DNA of 64,000 nucleotides from the human T2T-CHM13v2.0 reference genome, Homo sapiens. Below the pieces are notes generated by a model that worked only from the letters and a program-made list of their open reading frames with translations, did no database searches and was not told the origin of the DNA. Made by a program: the position numbers and the translations under genes. Each line of letters starts with the position of its first letter. The stretch's first letter is position 1. Location: the NCBI RefSeq assembly GCF_009914755.1, contig NC_060929.1; one strand, given 5' to 3'. Shown piece after piece: positions 1-13,930 of this stretch.

Positions 1-548
1 CAGATTGGCAAGAAATGTATTCTCAATGTTTTAATATTTATTTATCTAATTATTAGTGACTTTGAACATCTTTTTATTTGCACAAGAGCTATTTTCATAC
101 CATTTTTTTTCTGTAAATTGTCTTCCCTGTCTTTTCCTCATTTTCTATTGGTTTTGCCCCTTTGTCCCTCAAGTTTTAAGAGTTCTTTGTACATTAGGGA
201 TGTTAGTCCTTGGTTTGTGATATATGTTGAAAATATACTCTATTAGTATATAAGTTGTCTTTTGACTTTGATGTGGTTTTTGCCATGCAATATTCTTTGT
301 TATTGTTGCTATCAAGTTTTTTTAATTGTTTCTTTTATTCCTTCTGTATTTTGAATAAGTTAGAAAGACTTCCCCTATACTGAGATTAAAAAGAAAATTT
401 CCCATGTTTTTCTTCTAGTCTTTGTATGGTTTTAGTTTTTACATTTTGATCCCTAATCCTCTTGGAGTTCCTTCTTATGTAGGGATCTAATTTCATATTT
501 TTCCAAATGGCTTCCCAGTTTTCTTGGTATCATTTATTTAAAAGTCCA
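1..548 (-). mobile_element. Old L1M (L1MC/L1ME-like) fragment, antisense ORF2 3' region
   Basis: T-rich sequence resembling antisense L1, e.g. 'tttgaacatctttttatttg...gagttctttgtacattaggga...gggatctaatttcatatttttccaaatgg'. Confidence 0.75.
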
Positions 549-657
549 TCCATCCAATTGCAGCATGGTACCCTGGATTTGATTCTGGACTTGATGTCTG
601 AACCTCCATGTCCTCCTTGGTAATACGTGATAGTATCTTTTTAAAAAATCTGTGTGC

Positions 658-1376
658 CCTTACTCAAGTCAGAATGGTCATTATTAAAAAGTAAAAAAAA
701 ACAATAGCTGTTGGCGTGGATGTGGTAACAAGAAGGAACACAAATGCACTGCTAGTGGGGATGTAAATTAGTACAACCTCTATAAAAAAACAATACGGAG
801 ATTTCTCAAGGAACTAAAAGTAGATCTACTGTTCGATCCAGCAATCTCACTACTGGGTATCTACCCAAAGGAAAAAAAGTCATTCTATTAAAAAGGCACC
901 TACATGCCTATGTTTATTGTAGCACAATTCACAATTGCAAAGATACGGAACCAACCTAAGCGCGCATCAACTGATGAGTGGATAGAGAAAAGTTGGTATA
1001 TATATGCACCATGGAATACTACTCAGCCAAAAAAAGCCTCCAGCACTATACAAGTTGCTGCAAAAGACATTATTTTATGGCTAAGTGAAGTAACTCAAGA
1101 ATGAAAAACCAAATGCTGTATGTTCTTATTTATAAGTAAGAGCTGAGCTATGGGTACACAAAGGCATTCGGAGTGGTATAATGGACACTGGAGATTCAGA
1201 AATGGGGAGTGTGGAGAGGAGTGAGAATAAAAAAATGGCACATGAGGTACAATGTATACTACTTGGGTGACAGGTGCGCTAAAATCTCAGACTTCACCAC
1301 TATACAATTCATCCATGTAACCAAAAACCACTTGTGCCTCCAAAGCTACGGAAATTTTTTAAAAGTACCAAAAAAA
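658..1376 (+). mobile_element. L1PB-family 3' end (5'-truncated)
   Basis: L1 ORF2 end and 3'UTR motifs 'gaactaaaagtagatctac..gatccagcaatctcactactgggtatctacccaaagg' and 'aaaatctcagacttcaccactatacaattcatccatgtaaccaaaaaccacttg'; ORF 904-1104 resembles the L1 ORF2 C-terminus. Confidence 0.88.
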
Positions 1377-2761
1377 TTCAGGTGTGCAATTTAAATGATA
1401 TAACCTATACACCATGGTAGGTCCCTGATGAATGTTAGTGGGACCACAGCCCAAGAAGCGTTAGCCTTAGGTGTGTCTATCTCATTCAATCCCATTGTAA
1501 TGGCTACAAATATGCAAAGATTATAACCCAGGTAGAGCCATAAATCACCATATTCATAAAACAATTTTACATCAGTTACAGAGCAGTATGTCAGATAAAA
1601 ATGCTGAAGATTTCAAAACCAAAAGTACAATTAAAGTTGGTTTTAGCTAATTTGAATATGTAGTTTTTGAGGCAGATCATAAAGAAAATTAGGAGTGAGA
1701 ATGTAAGAGGAGCAGTTGTGTTTGTGCATTCAGTGGCTCTTGGGCATGTTATTAAGCTGCTCAAACCAACACATCTTCCCCTTCTGTCTGACAACATGGA
1801 GAGAAAAGGTAGAAAAATGTATCTTTCCACTGGCCTTCCACAGCTAGTTGGGGAAAATAAAAGATAAAGGGGATCTCGTCTAAAATAGTTGCCTTTGAGC
1901 TTTAGTTAAACTAAAAATAATATGTGCTTGACTTACGCATAAACTTAAATTTTGTCCTGGCCCAGTTACTGACTTAAATAAACTGATTCCTGGCTAAAAA
2001 CACATTTAATGGTTATAACTATTATGGAAGAACACTGTCTCTATGTCTTGCTCCAATACTGAAATAGACAGCAGGTGACAGGGAGACCATAGCTATGATT
2101 CATTCACGAGTATTGAGTATTGTGTCTAAAAGTAATTCCTGTGGCAACTCAACCACGGAGTGATTTCACATTTTTAAATAGATGGTAAAGTACATCAGCG
2201 TGATTAAACGCACTCCCACAAGAGCAAGTGTTTGTTCTCAATATCATCATGTAGCCTATACAACTCTAATTTGAGAGTCTAGATGTTCAAAAACACCTGT
2301 CACAATACATTGAATATGATTATGTTTTGTTCAGTGGGATGGTTTGTGAAAAGATCAGGCTCTTGACTGAAGAATAAAATATGAAGTGGTCTCCTTTCTC
2401 CTATAGGAATTTGACTGCCAACGTGATTTTTTTTCCTATTGGCTAGGAATTTTTAAAGATTAGAAACCAATAGTTTGCATTTTTAGAAAACTTGATTATT
2501 TTATTCCTGTTGGATTATTCCTCAGGTTGTTGACTCTGAGGGGTCAATTACAAACTGACATGAGAATTCCCCTTTTCTCTTACCAATGGAGAAAACAGAA
2601 TGCATTGAAAGAGAACTGTCAAAATGATGTACAGATAATGCACACATACGTATATGCATATATGCATATGATTTACATCAAATACTGTTTTCTAGTTGGA
2701 TGATACAATGTGGTCTTTTGAAAAGTATCTCTGTAAGGAAGCATCCCATGCATAATAGAAA

Positions 2762-2879
2762 GGGAGAAGAGAGAGAGAGGGAGAGAGAGGCAGAGGGAGA
2801 AAGACAGAGAGAGAGAGAAATATATATATATGTGTGTGTATATATATATATAATATATATATACACACACATATATATA
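2762..2879. repeat. Compound microsatellite (GA)n + (TA/TG/CA)n
   Basis: Direct reading. Confidence 0.95.
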
Positions 2880-3160
2880 ATGTTTGTATAAATTGTCCAA
2901 GGAAGATACATGCTTAAGGAACACTAAAATTATTATAAACATGATGTAAATTAAAATGCAAAATGTAAGCATTACATTTTAAAAATAAATTAATGTTATA
3001 TCTACTTTGTTCTATTTCATTATATTTCAGACTTTTTTAGTGTGGTCCTCTTTGGCAGGACCCAAGATCCCGGGCTCAACTTTCCCACTCATTTTCTACT
3101 TCCCAGATGAAAAATTAACTAGGTGAAAACGAAAAAAACTATCCTTAATAAATAAATGCT

Positions 3161-3187
3161 CACACACACACACACACACACACGCAC
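3161..3187. repeat. (CA)n microsatellite
   Basis: Direct reading. Confidence 0.95.
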
Positions 3188-4734
3188 AGAAAACTCTGAG
3201 TTTTTAAATGGTAGAATGGATGACTAATATTGAAACCACAGTTATATGTCTTTTATATCGAAAAATATATAAAGGTTAGTCATTACAAAAATTATGGAAT
3301 TATGGCCAACAATATTGCCAATGCACATATGGATCATCATGCACTATAGCAGTAACCAAACTACCACAATAAATAAACAGATAATGGTAAAGCTAAAATA
3401 ATAATATGTTAGAATGGAGAGGAAACAAGACCAGCATCTGAAAATCACATATATTCTAAGACAACACTGGTGCTGTATCAATACCAGATTTCCGGTATTC
3501 AAATTATGAATATGCCTGAAACATTTCAGAGCACTGTGTGTCAACTGGTCTTCAAAGTAGAATACTGAATTTAATTAAGTCCTTGGTATGCTTAGTTAAT
3601 GTGCTAATTTATTTTAGGAATGGCATATGTGAATAACTCTAATAGCTTACCCATTAATTTAGTCATAAATAGCCTTTGATTCTATGTAAAAGTAAAAATT
3701 TATAGATTTGCATATCTTTTACAGAGACTTACCTTTTGAGAGAGTTGTGAACTATATTAGTAGTCTGCTTAGGACCTCCAGCTTACCTTAAGAGTCACTG
3801 GTGTACAGGACCAAAAGGAAAGTACATAATAGTACATAATATTTTTAAGTACTATAGCTATAAATCTAATATACGCAGATGTTGCAAATTGTTGAGATTC
3901 AGTGCTCAGTGAAACTGATAAAAATGACCTTAGGGCCTCTTCTCACAAAATCACATTCCAGAGTTGAGAAGGGCTTTGAGGTCATGGAGATAGGACATTC
4001 CTTACAATAGTCCTGCAGCCAGATTAAACAGACTTGGAGATCTTTGTAATTGTGTAGATCACAATAGCTCCAAGCAATTTGACTGATAGTCACAAACCAG
4101 ATTGAAGACAGGTCAAATTTGCACAGTTCTATAATTTCCAAACATTGAATCAATAGCTCCCAGACTCATATTCTTCAGATATCAGGTGACAGAGAATAAA
4201 ATATTTACCAAAATGTTTACCAGAAAATTCACACTGAAGCCATACCTTACCATAAACCTAAGTGGCCCCACTGAGATTACCATAATACTCCTGGATTTCC
4301 TCAATCTTCAGCTAAAATTACATTCTCTCTCATCCTTTTACAATTGAATTGCAATTTAAAAAATTAATTTTGCTTGAACTAGCTAAAATATTCATGCAGG
4401 TGTGATCAGAGGAGTTTGCATAACATGAATTGAGATGCCTCGCATTTTTATGTAAAAACGACTGCTACACAAACTGAAGAATTTAGAGTTGTCACAGACA
4501 CTGAAAACTTTATTAATCTGGAAAGCCGGTTTGCTGCACTACATTTGTTGCCAGTCCATTCCTGACTCCTACCAAATTTTAAAACTGGTTGAGATCAAAA
4601 GAATACTTTAAGTGACACACAGAAAATCATTCAAGATCTTGGTCTTATTTCAAACAAAAACAAGATCTCAATTATCCTGTCTTTTGCCTGTTTAATTACC
4701 TTTTAATTATTAAGAAGTTATTCTTTCAAATGGA

Positions 4735-4737
<3 letters not shown>

Positions 4738-4771
<34 letters not shown>
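4738..4771. repeat. (TG)n microsatellite
   Basis: Direct reading. Confidence 0.95.
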
Positions 4772-4772
<1 letters not shown>

Positions 4773-5394
4773 TTTGCATATGCGTATTGGACTGAATAAG
4801 CTTTTAAATTTAGCTTACATTTTTTTTCTACCATTTCTCAGAAGATCAGCTAAAGACACATTCAGGCTCATGCCAGCCTTTATCTGGACAACTATCCACA
4901 GCTATTATTTTAGAGTTATGTACATCTTCCAACTTCTAGCTTTTATTCTCTAATGCAAAATAAAATTATTTGCTTCACGGCTGTATACTCTGAATTTGCA
5001 ACTCTGATTTAGGCAGAAGAATGTCCTTAACTCTACCTGGACTTCAGCAGTATTTGGTACAGCAATAATACACTCAGCCCAACTCCTCTAATTGGGGTCT
5101 ACAACTCCTGTGCTTTTTCAATATCAAAAGTAGAAAGACCTTTCAGCAGAGGTGAGTGGAGCAAATTGTTTACATGAGCTCCAAAGATAAGATACACACA
5201 ATTGTGGAACTGCCTGAAAATCTGATGCTATGACTAGATTTAATCTGGAAGGATGGCAAATACATGGTAAGATGCCTCAATTCCTCCCTCCCATGTTTAT
5301 GGAAGACATCTATAATCCATCACACCATTCTTTCCAGTGTCAGCTCTTTGGGGGGCAAGTATTGATTGATTGGTTAACTGATTTTGCTCTTGTG

Positions 5395-5487
5395 TGTGTT
5401 GCTATATTCCCAGGACCTAGAATAGTACCTTGAATATCACATTGTAGGCACTCAATAAATAATTGTTGAATAAATGGAATAAATGAC
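5395..5487 (+). mobile_element. L2 3' end
   Basis: 'cccaggacctagaatagtacct...gtaggcactcaataaataattgttgaataaatg' matches the L2 tail. Confidence 0.75.
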
Positions 5488-5789
5488 TCAAAAGTTGTTT
5501 CAGAATTCTTTGCAACACAACACTCTAGGCAAGCAAGATACAGTGTATTTTCCCTCCTTGGATAAGCCAGCCTCATTGTGAGGAGACAGAGCAAGAAGGC
5601 AGCCAATTGTTTCCTCACAAAGCAGGCTCAATATATTTTCTAGCTCTGATCTACCCCATGTAATGGCTTTAGGTCTGACTTGCTCTGAGGAAAATATTAA
5701 TACTAAGGTTGGTACCTCTAATGTAAGAAGGTATGATACAATTCTAAACAATGTAGGCATGATCACTATTTTAGATTCCAAATCTAATT

Positions 5790-6190
5790 ACCAAGTGGGT
5801 CTGACTTAGAACAATAGAAGTATATACTGTCCTGGTTCTTGAGGCTAGAAGTCTGATATCAAGTGTTGGCAGTATCATACTCCCTCTAGGAGAGAAGGCT
5901 TCCTTGCCTTTTTCAGTACATAGCAGCCCGAAGCATTCCTTGGCTTGTGGAAGCATAACTCCAATCTCTGCTCCCATAGCCACATGGCCTTCCCTGTATG
6001 GGTCTCTGTGTCCAGTTTCCCTCTCCTTTCTCTTGTACAGACACACTGGACTAGGGGCCACCCTAATTGAGTATTACTTTATCTTAACTTGATTACATCT
6101 GCAAAGACTCTATTTCCTAATAAGGTCACATTCAGAGGTACCAGGGGTTAGGATGGGAACATGTCTTTTTGGAGGACACCCACTCCAGTC
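5790..6190 (-). mobile_element. MaLR LTR, MLT1B/C-like
   Basis: 'gattacatctgcaaagactctatttcctaataaggtcacattcagaggtaccaggggttagg' is the reverse complement of the MLT1C 5' part. Confidence 0.85.
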
Positions 6191-7140
6191 ACTGTCCTCA
6201 TGGATCTTACAACTGAGGGTGACAATACAGATGAGTAAACAGGAAATTACAACTGAGTGATAACGTGTTTTCACAGGGGAAGTAAAAGATACTGTGAGAA
6301 AAATAAAAGGAGCTCCTAATCAGATTGCCTGAGGGGCTCAGAATTGCACTGGATGGCAGATAACAGAAATCTGACAATAAATTATATCACATTACATAAC
6401 AAGAAATTGGAAGCAGGCAGTTTATGTCTGGTGCAACTGTTCCAGGAAGTCATTGAGAATCCAGGGTCCCCCTGATTTCTTTCTCCTCCAGTGTGGCTCT
6501 TGTTCTCATGGCCACAGAATGTCTGCCAACACCAGACATCACCTCTGCATTACAGATAAGAAGGAAAGGAATGGGGAAAGACACATGTGAATGGAGCCTG
6601 ACTATATCGGGAAACCAATAGCATCCCATGGGCCACACCTGGTAGGCTTCTCCTTACAGGTCACTGGCCAGGACTGATTCTCATGGCCATTCAGTCTCTC
6701 CTGGTTTCCGAGAGACTTAGGAGGTGAGTACAACTGACTGGGCGCATGACTGGTCTGTACAAAATGGGAGTTCTGTTAGTAAAGCAGAAGGGAAGAGGGG
6801 ATGTAGGTGGGTAACTAGCAGATTCTGCTACAGAAACTGTCCCAATGATGGTGATGCAAAAACTGAAACTCAGAGGAAGAGTCAGTGTCCTCCCAGTGCA
6901 GAGGGTTTTTCAGACAAAGGGCAGAGCATTTAGAGAGACTGAGAGGTAAGAAAGAGCCAGGTGAGAAAAGACTTCCAATATAGCTGAACTGCAGCTTGCT
7001 ATTGGGAAGTTAGGCTGAGATGAAGCAGGGGAGGAAAGCGGGGGAAATCCTAAAAGACCCTGTAAGCCATGTGGATCAGTTAGGGCTTTAAGATGCAATT
7101 AGGAGCAAACTTTGGCCATTTTAAGCAGAAAATGAGAGTG
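6191..7140 (-). mobile_element. L2 fragment interrupted by an MLT1 LTR
   Basis: L2-like antisense segments at ~6191-6343 and ~6833-7140 ('ctgtaagccatgtgg...ttttaagcag'). Confidence 0.6.
6345..6832 (-). mobile_element. MaLR LTR, MLT1J/K-like
   Basis: 'ccagacatcacctctgcatt', 'cactggccaggactg..tcatggcca', 'gttctgttagtaaagcagaagggaag...ctgctaca' end. Confidence 0.7.
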
Positions 7141-10035
7141 TTAAAATGTTCTTGGGCAGCTCACAGAATTTTCTAGGACTGCCAGGAACGAGGTCCAAAT
7201 TATGATGCAGAACTGAGACGATGAGGCTGCTGTTGCCACCACAGCTAAGCACTGACCCCGCTTGCACCACACACAGAACACCACTGCTACCAAAACCCTA
7301 GCCTCTGAGGGCCCAGGAACTTTCCTGCCCTAGAACTTCCGTGTCATCCACAGAAGCTTGTATCATCTCCATATTCAAAGTCTGAGCAACAGTGTCTAAT
7401 GATGGGGGGTGGGGGTGAGGGGTGGGGCCTGTTGTGTGCCTAAATTCTAGCCACAAGGAAGTGTGAATATTTGGCATTTATTACTTCTGACATAAAATGT
7501 GGCTCTCCTTCTCATCAAGAAACTCCTCCAAACATGGGACGAGGCCTCAGATGCTGAGCAGCCAGTGGATGACAATGGGCAGGTTTATTCTGAGTGCAGT
7601 GGGGTGTCCAGGAAGAGCTCGGAAGGCCATGGAAACTTCCAGGCCCCCTGCTTGTCACATGAGTAACCAGCATTCTAGTAGGGGAGTAAACAGCCTTCTG
7701 GACAGATCCTTCTGGCTGCATGGTAAAAAACAGATTCATAGGAAGAAAGTGGAACAGCCAAGGTACTCTATGAGATACCGTCTTGGATATCTCGAGGGAC
7801 TTATTCTCAGGGATTGCCTTTGAATAATGAGATGGTGTCAACATGGGGACCAGAAACTAAGTCTGGATTATGCCAGACTGCCTTATGGAAAGAGACAAAT
7901 AACTATGCTATTTAGCCTTTCTGTGCTGATTAATATAATAAGAATAATAATACGTAAAACTGTGTTGTTTTGGTGAGAAGAAGGTAAAAGGAGGTAGGGC
8001 CTCTCCTGTTCTCTTGCCCTTTGGTTGGGGCTACTGGGCCAAAAGCAGCAGGCATGCCATACCTATGGCAAAGCACCTAGTCAGTCTCTCCTCATCCGTC
8101 CCTGCCCCCAGAGTGAGCCATGAGTGCAGCTGGCCAGTGGAGGTTCTGTCGGAGAGGCCCCTCATCCCAGTCTGGGGAAAAATGAAGAACCAAGACTGAG
8201 TGAGTAACTGCGGATACACCTGAGATCATGCCTTCCTGGCTTTGCTTCCCATGGTAGCATCTTCATCGAAAATGAATTAATAAGGAGTTATTACCATGGT
8301 ACTTTTCTCCCTCAGCACCTGAGAAACTAAAGTCTCTAAATCCCACTAAGATTAAGCCCTAGCTCTGGTTTCAAAGAGACATAAATAATGACAATCTCTG
8401 AATGTTGTCCTTTCAGTCTTGCACCAAACGATGAGAAAGAAACCTGGGTATTGATGTTTTAGCAGCTTTCAAGCCCAGCAGCTTTTCCTGTGAAATAGTA
8501 CAAGGACAGAAAATTGCAAAACAGGCCAGATGGGCCGAGTACCCTGGTGTTGTCAGGTAAAAGAGCCTCTGTGTAGAGGTTTGCAGCAGTATGGGGTTAC
8601 CCTATTAAGCACACAGATTATTTTGGCGAAATCACTCAGTCCATGTGTAACAAGCAGGGGGTCTGGAAGTTTCCATGCCCTTCAGTGAAGGGATGTGAAT
8701 TGGCAATGGTTTGGGGATGGAATAAGAGGCTGCTACAAAAGAGACTACAAAAGAGGGGACCTGTGGCTGGGACTTCAGATCCAAGAGTAGGTGGCAGCTC
8801 ACCTTCTCAAATTGCAATAATGACTTGTTGCAGGTCACGGGTCACCCGTGCAGGCAAAGAGTAGACCAGCCATATCACAGAAGAGAGAAATGGGGAGCCA
8901 GAGGACAGTCAGTGGATCTAAGACTCCAGTTGCCCTGCTGTAGAAATGCAGATAGTTTCCCTTCATATACCAGGACTCCATTGCTTCATCTTGAGCAGGA
9001 AAAGAAAGCCATCCAAAAGCGGCCGTTGAGGCCCTTCTTCACTAGCTGTTGAACATTCAGAAACAAGGCAATTTAAACTAGAAGAAACTGAAAAGCTATT
9101 GACCAGCAAATCTTTTCCCTGCTAGCAGGGACCTCTTAAGTAAAATCAGTTCAGCCATCGAAAATAAAGAAGCTGTTGTTTTAGTGCACATTGGAGACTA
9201 GAGAAAGTAAACTTAATATACAGCTACATTTTCCATTAGAATTATTTTTATTGATTTTTTTCATATTTAAGACTTTATTTTTAGATTACACCAAATTCAT
9301 TTTCTCCATTTTTATGCTTGTTTGCATGACTTTATTATTTTGTAACAACATTCATTCGAAAAAGTCTCATGGTCATATGATGCCAAGTTCACCTCTTATC
9401 TGCCCTCCCAGCAATATTTCTAAAGTGATACTAGGAATTATGAAAATATTTAGGCAGAACTGTGGGCAGGAATTCCTTAAAAAGCTGGAACAGAACAACA
9501 TCACTCTTTGACTCGGCCTTTCTTGTTCTTTGCTTTTACACCCAAACACATGAAACGTTCTTAAATGTAAGCTGCAAGGAAAATTATAAGCACGTTTCAA
9601 ATACACCCAGTTCCTTGGCTAGCCACTTCTCTATACTTAGCCTGAAAGAGTAGCCATATGCATATCCCTTAAGACAGTCCTCATGTTCTTAACAAAGTAT
9701 CTTAACTTTCAATACACTGGAAGAGAATTATGAAATTTGAGACCTTTCTTTTCTCTCATCCTCCCAAACACACACATGTACACAAACACTCTTAAAACAT
9801 CTCCCTGCACATGCACTTCACAGTCATCTCTACACGAGTTGACGGTTCTTGTCTTAGTACAGCAGGAAATACTTTCAACACCAGTCATGATGTGGATGGC
9901 AAAAAAAAAAAAAAAAATACAGCGCTATTATCAGAGCCCTTTTAATTAAGTCCAAAGATCTCAGCTAGACATCAATTTTCTGTTTCCTTCAGAGTTGTTG
10001 ATCTATCTAGTAACTAACTGGTAGATCAATGTGCC

Positions 10036-10038
<3 letters not shown>

Positions 10039-10085
<47 letters not shown>
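10039..10085. repeat. (AC)n microsatellite, ~23 units
   Basis: Direct reading. Confidence 0.97.
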
Positions 10086-10087
<2 letters not shown>

Positions 10088-10265
10088 TTATCACAGTCTT
10101 AGCAAATCCAAAAGATTACTTTTAATGTTTCATAAGGCAGAGATAGAGTCTGCTGATAACTTGCAGGGCTTCCTTGGTCTAGGTAGGATGCTTATTATAC
10201 CAGTTTAATGAGATTTCATCAGGCGATATATAGAAAGATGCAAGGTAGAGAGAAATAGAGATATA

Positions 10266-10301
10266 TGCACGCACGCGTGCACACACACACACACACACAC
10301 A
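10266..10301. repeat. (CA)n microsatellite
   Basis: Direct reading. Confidence 0.9.
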
Positions 10302-12369
10302 GCTGGGGCATTTCTGGTCTCTCATGTGTGTGTGTGTTGCCATCCAGTTTTTCTTTTATTTTCCTAACTGAGCCATCAACTTTGGTTAACTAGTGACTCT
10401 GTTAAGCTTTCTTACACAGTAGTTACTTCTAGGGCTAATTCAGCAACCACTTTCACAATTTGCTTTAACAAAACATTGTTATCAGCAATTACTCTTACCA
10501 CAGTCACCATGGTATTTTGACCCATAGTGCTTCAACATTCAATAACGATGTCCAGTACTCCTAGGACATTATATTTGCTCTCAATGTGACTCCTGGGATA
10601 TTTTAAGACATGTTAACACAAAAATCCACATGTCCTTTTTCTCTACTCATCATTATCCCATCATTTCTTTTGCAGGTGAGAATATTCATTTTCTCTCACC
10701 AATCTGACTTAATTATCCAGGTTGCAAGTGCCGTGTTGGAACTTATAATCAAGGGTTCTAAAAAGAGGATCAAGGGAATGAGAGAGGATCAGAGAGTAGG
10801 AGGGTAAACAGGCTTGTTGATTTTCCTCATCAAGCAAACCTTGGTAAGAAGACACCTTCAGATATAGAGACTGGGAGGTGATAACTAGGCCAGAGGCAGT
10901 GCCATTAAAAAACACATGCTACCCAGAGACACAAACCAAATGTTCAAATATCCATTTTCATGCCCCTGATTCACATGGCTAATTTAAGCATTTCCTTTTA
11001 AGCAGAGATATAAGTATATTTCTGGATAATTGATTACTTAAAATCCTTATATATCTTGCTCTTTTTTAGATAGATTAATATTGTCTAAAAGCTCGCAATT
11101 TTCACGATTTATTACAATTTGTTTTGTCAAAATCAAGCGTTAGTCCTTTCCTCATACCTTTAAATAAATGAGTATATTATCTATCCTAAGAAAGTCCCAA
11201 TAGGGAGTGATAGTATCCGCAAGAAGTAAAAATATTTATTTCATTCTTACTGTGAAAAAACTTATAGGATTAAAAATAAGTGCATTTCATGCCTCATTTT
11301 AAATCACATTAAATTTGTGTGTCTGAAATAGTCCACCGACATTGTATGATGCACATTTGATGCAGAATGCATATTGACCAAACTATAGGATTCAGATGTA
11401 AAGTGAAAAATACCCAATTATTTGTTTCCAGCCTCCTTGTCACACTCCATTCTTGTTTTTCTGTGCTGTCACTTCTCTGGAAGGTCAACAGTCCTTACCA
11501 TTGGTTAAGGTAAAGCCTTACACCCTTTCACTCTTTGCTCTTTCTGTTGGTTAATTATTTGGCTGTGGTTGCAGGTGGTGCTTAATATACCTATACACAG
11601 TCTTTAAGAAACCACATTAAATGGATTAACATAAAGTAGAAAGACCATTCTCTCTTGTTTCGAACATCTGAATTTCTTTACTGACTTTTACCTAATGAGA
11701 AGTATTTACCACATGCCCTGAGCATGACAGGTGACAATGATATGTAGGAAGGGTCTGCACCCTCCAGAAACCATAAAATGGGCACTGACATTGGAGCTCA
11801 AAGCTCAACTCGGCCACTGCATATCTATATAATTAAAAACTAGTCTTAGTCTCTTCACTATTACATAGGGAGCGCACTGGCCAGGTCACAGGATAACTGA
11901 TAGACTCAATTGAACACATGAAGTGGTGCATAGGGTAGGAGGTGAGAAAAGAAATAAAGTGCTAATTGGGTGTAACTGGGGAGGAGAACAATCATAGTAA
12001 TTAAAGCAGTAGAAAGTGAGCACTGAGGAGGAGCCACATAAAGTAGGAGAGCAGCTGGCAGAGCCCAAATCAGGTCTCCCAGTCATCCAGGAATAGAGGG
12101 CATTTGGAAGCCTACATGCTGACACCTGCTTAGTACAGGCTCTTCCCACGGCACTTGGACACTCATCTCTGTCAAGTCCACTGAAAGCTCAGAGTTCAAT
12201 GTTGACACAAGAACTCATATCACTGGTAGCTGCTTCTGGATCTGATTATCTAATGTAATTAGTGGACAATCAACTTTTTGACACTAGCTCAACAGAGCTC
12301 CTTGAAAGTAGAAACATGCATAGTGAGGATGTTTGGAATAAAGTTGCTGTGAAGTTAGACTTTGAAATA

Positions 12370-13930
<1,561 letters not shown>

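Noticed and set aside
7662-8641. Possible DNA transposon bounded by the 40-bp inverted repeats
   Set aside because: No TSD or recognisable TIR terminus and no transposase-like interior; kept only as an inverted-repeat finding.
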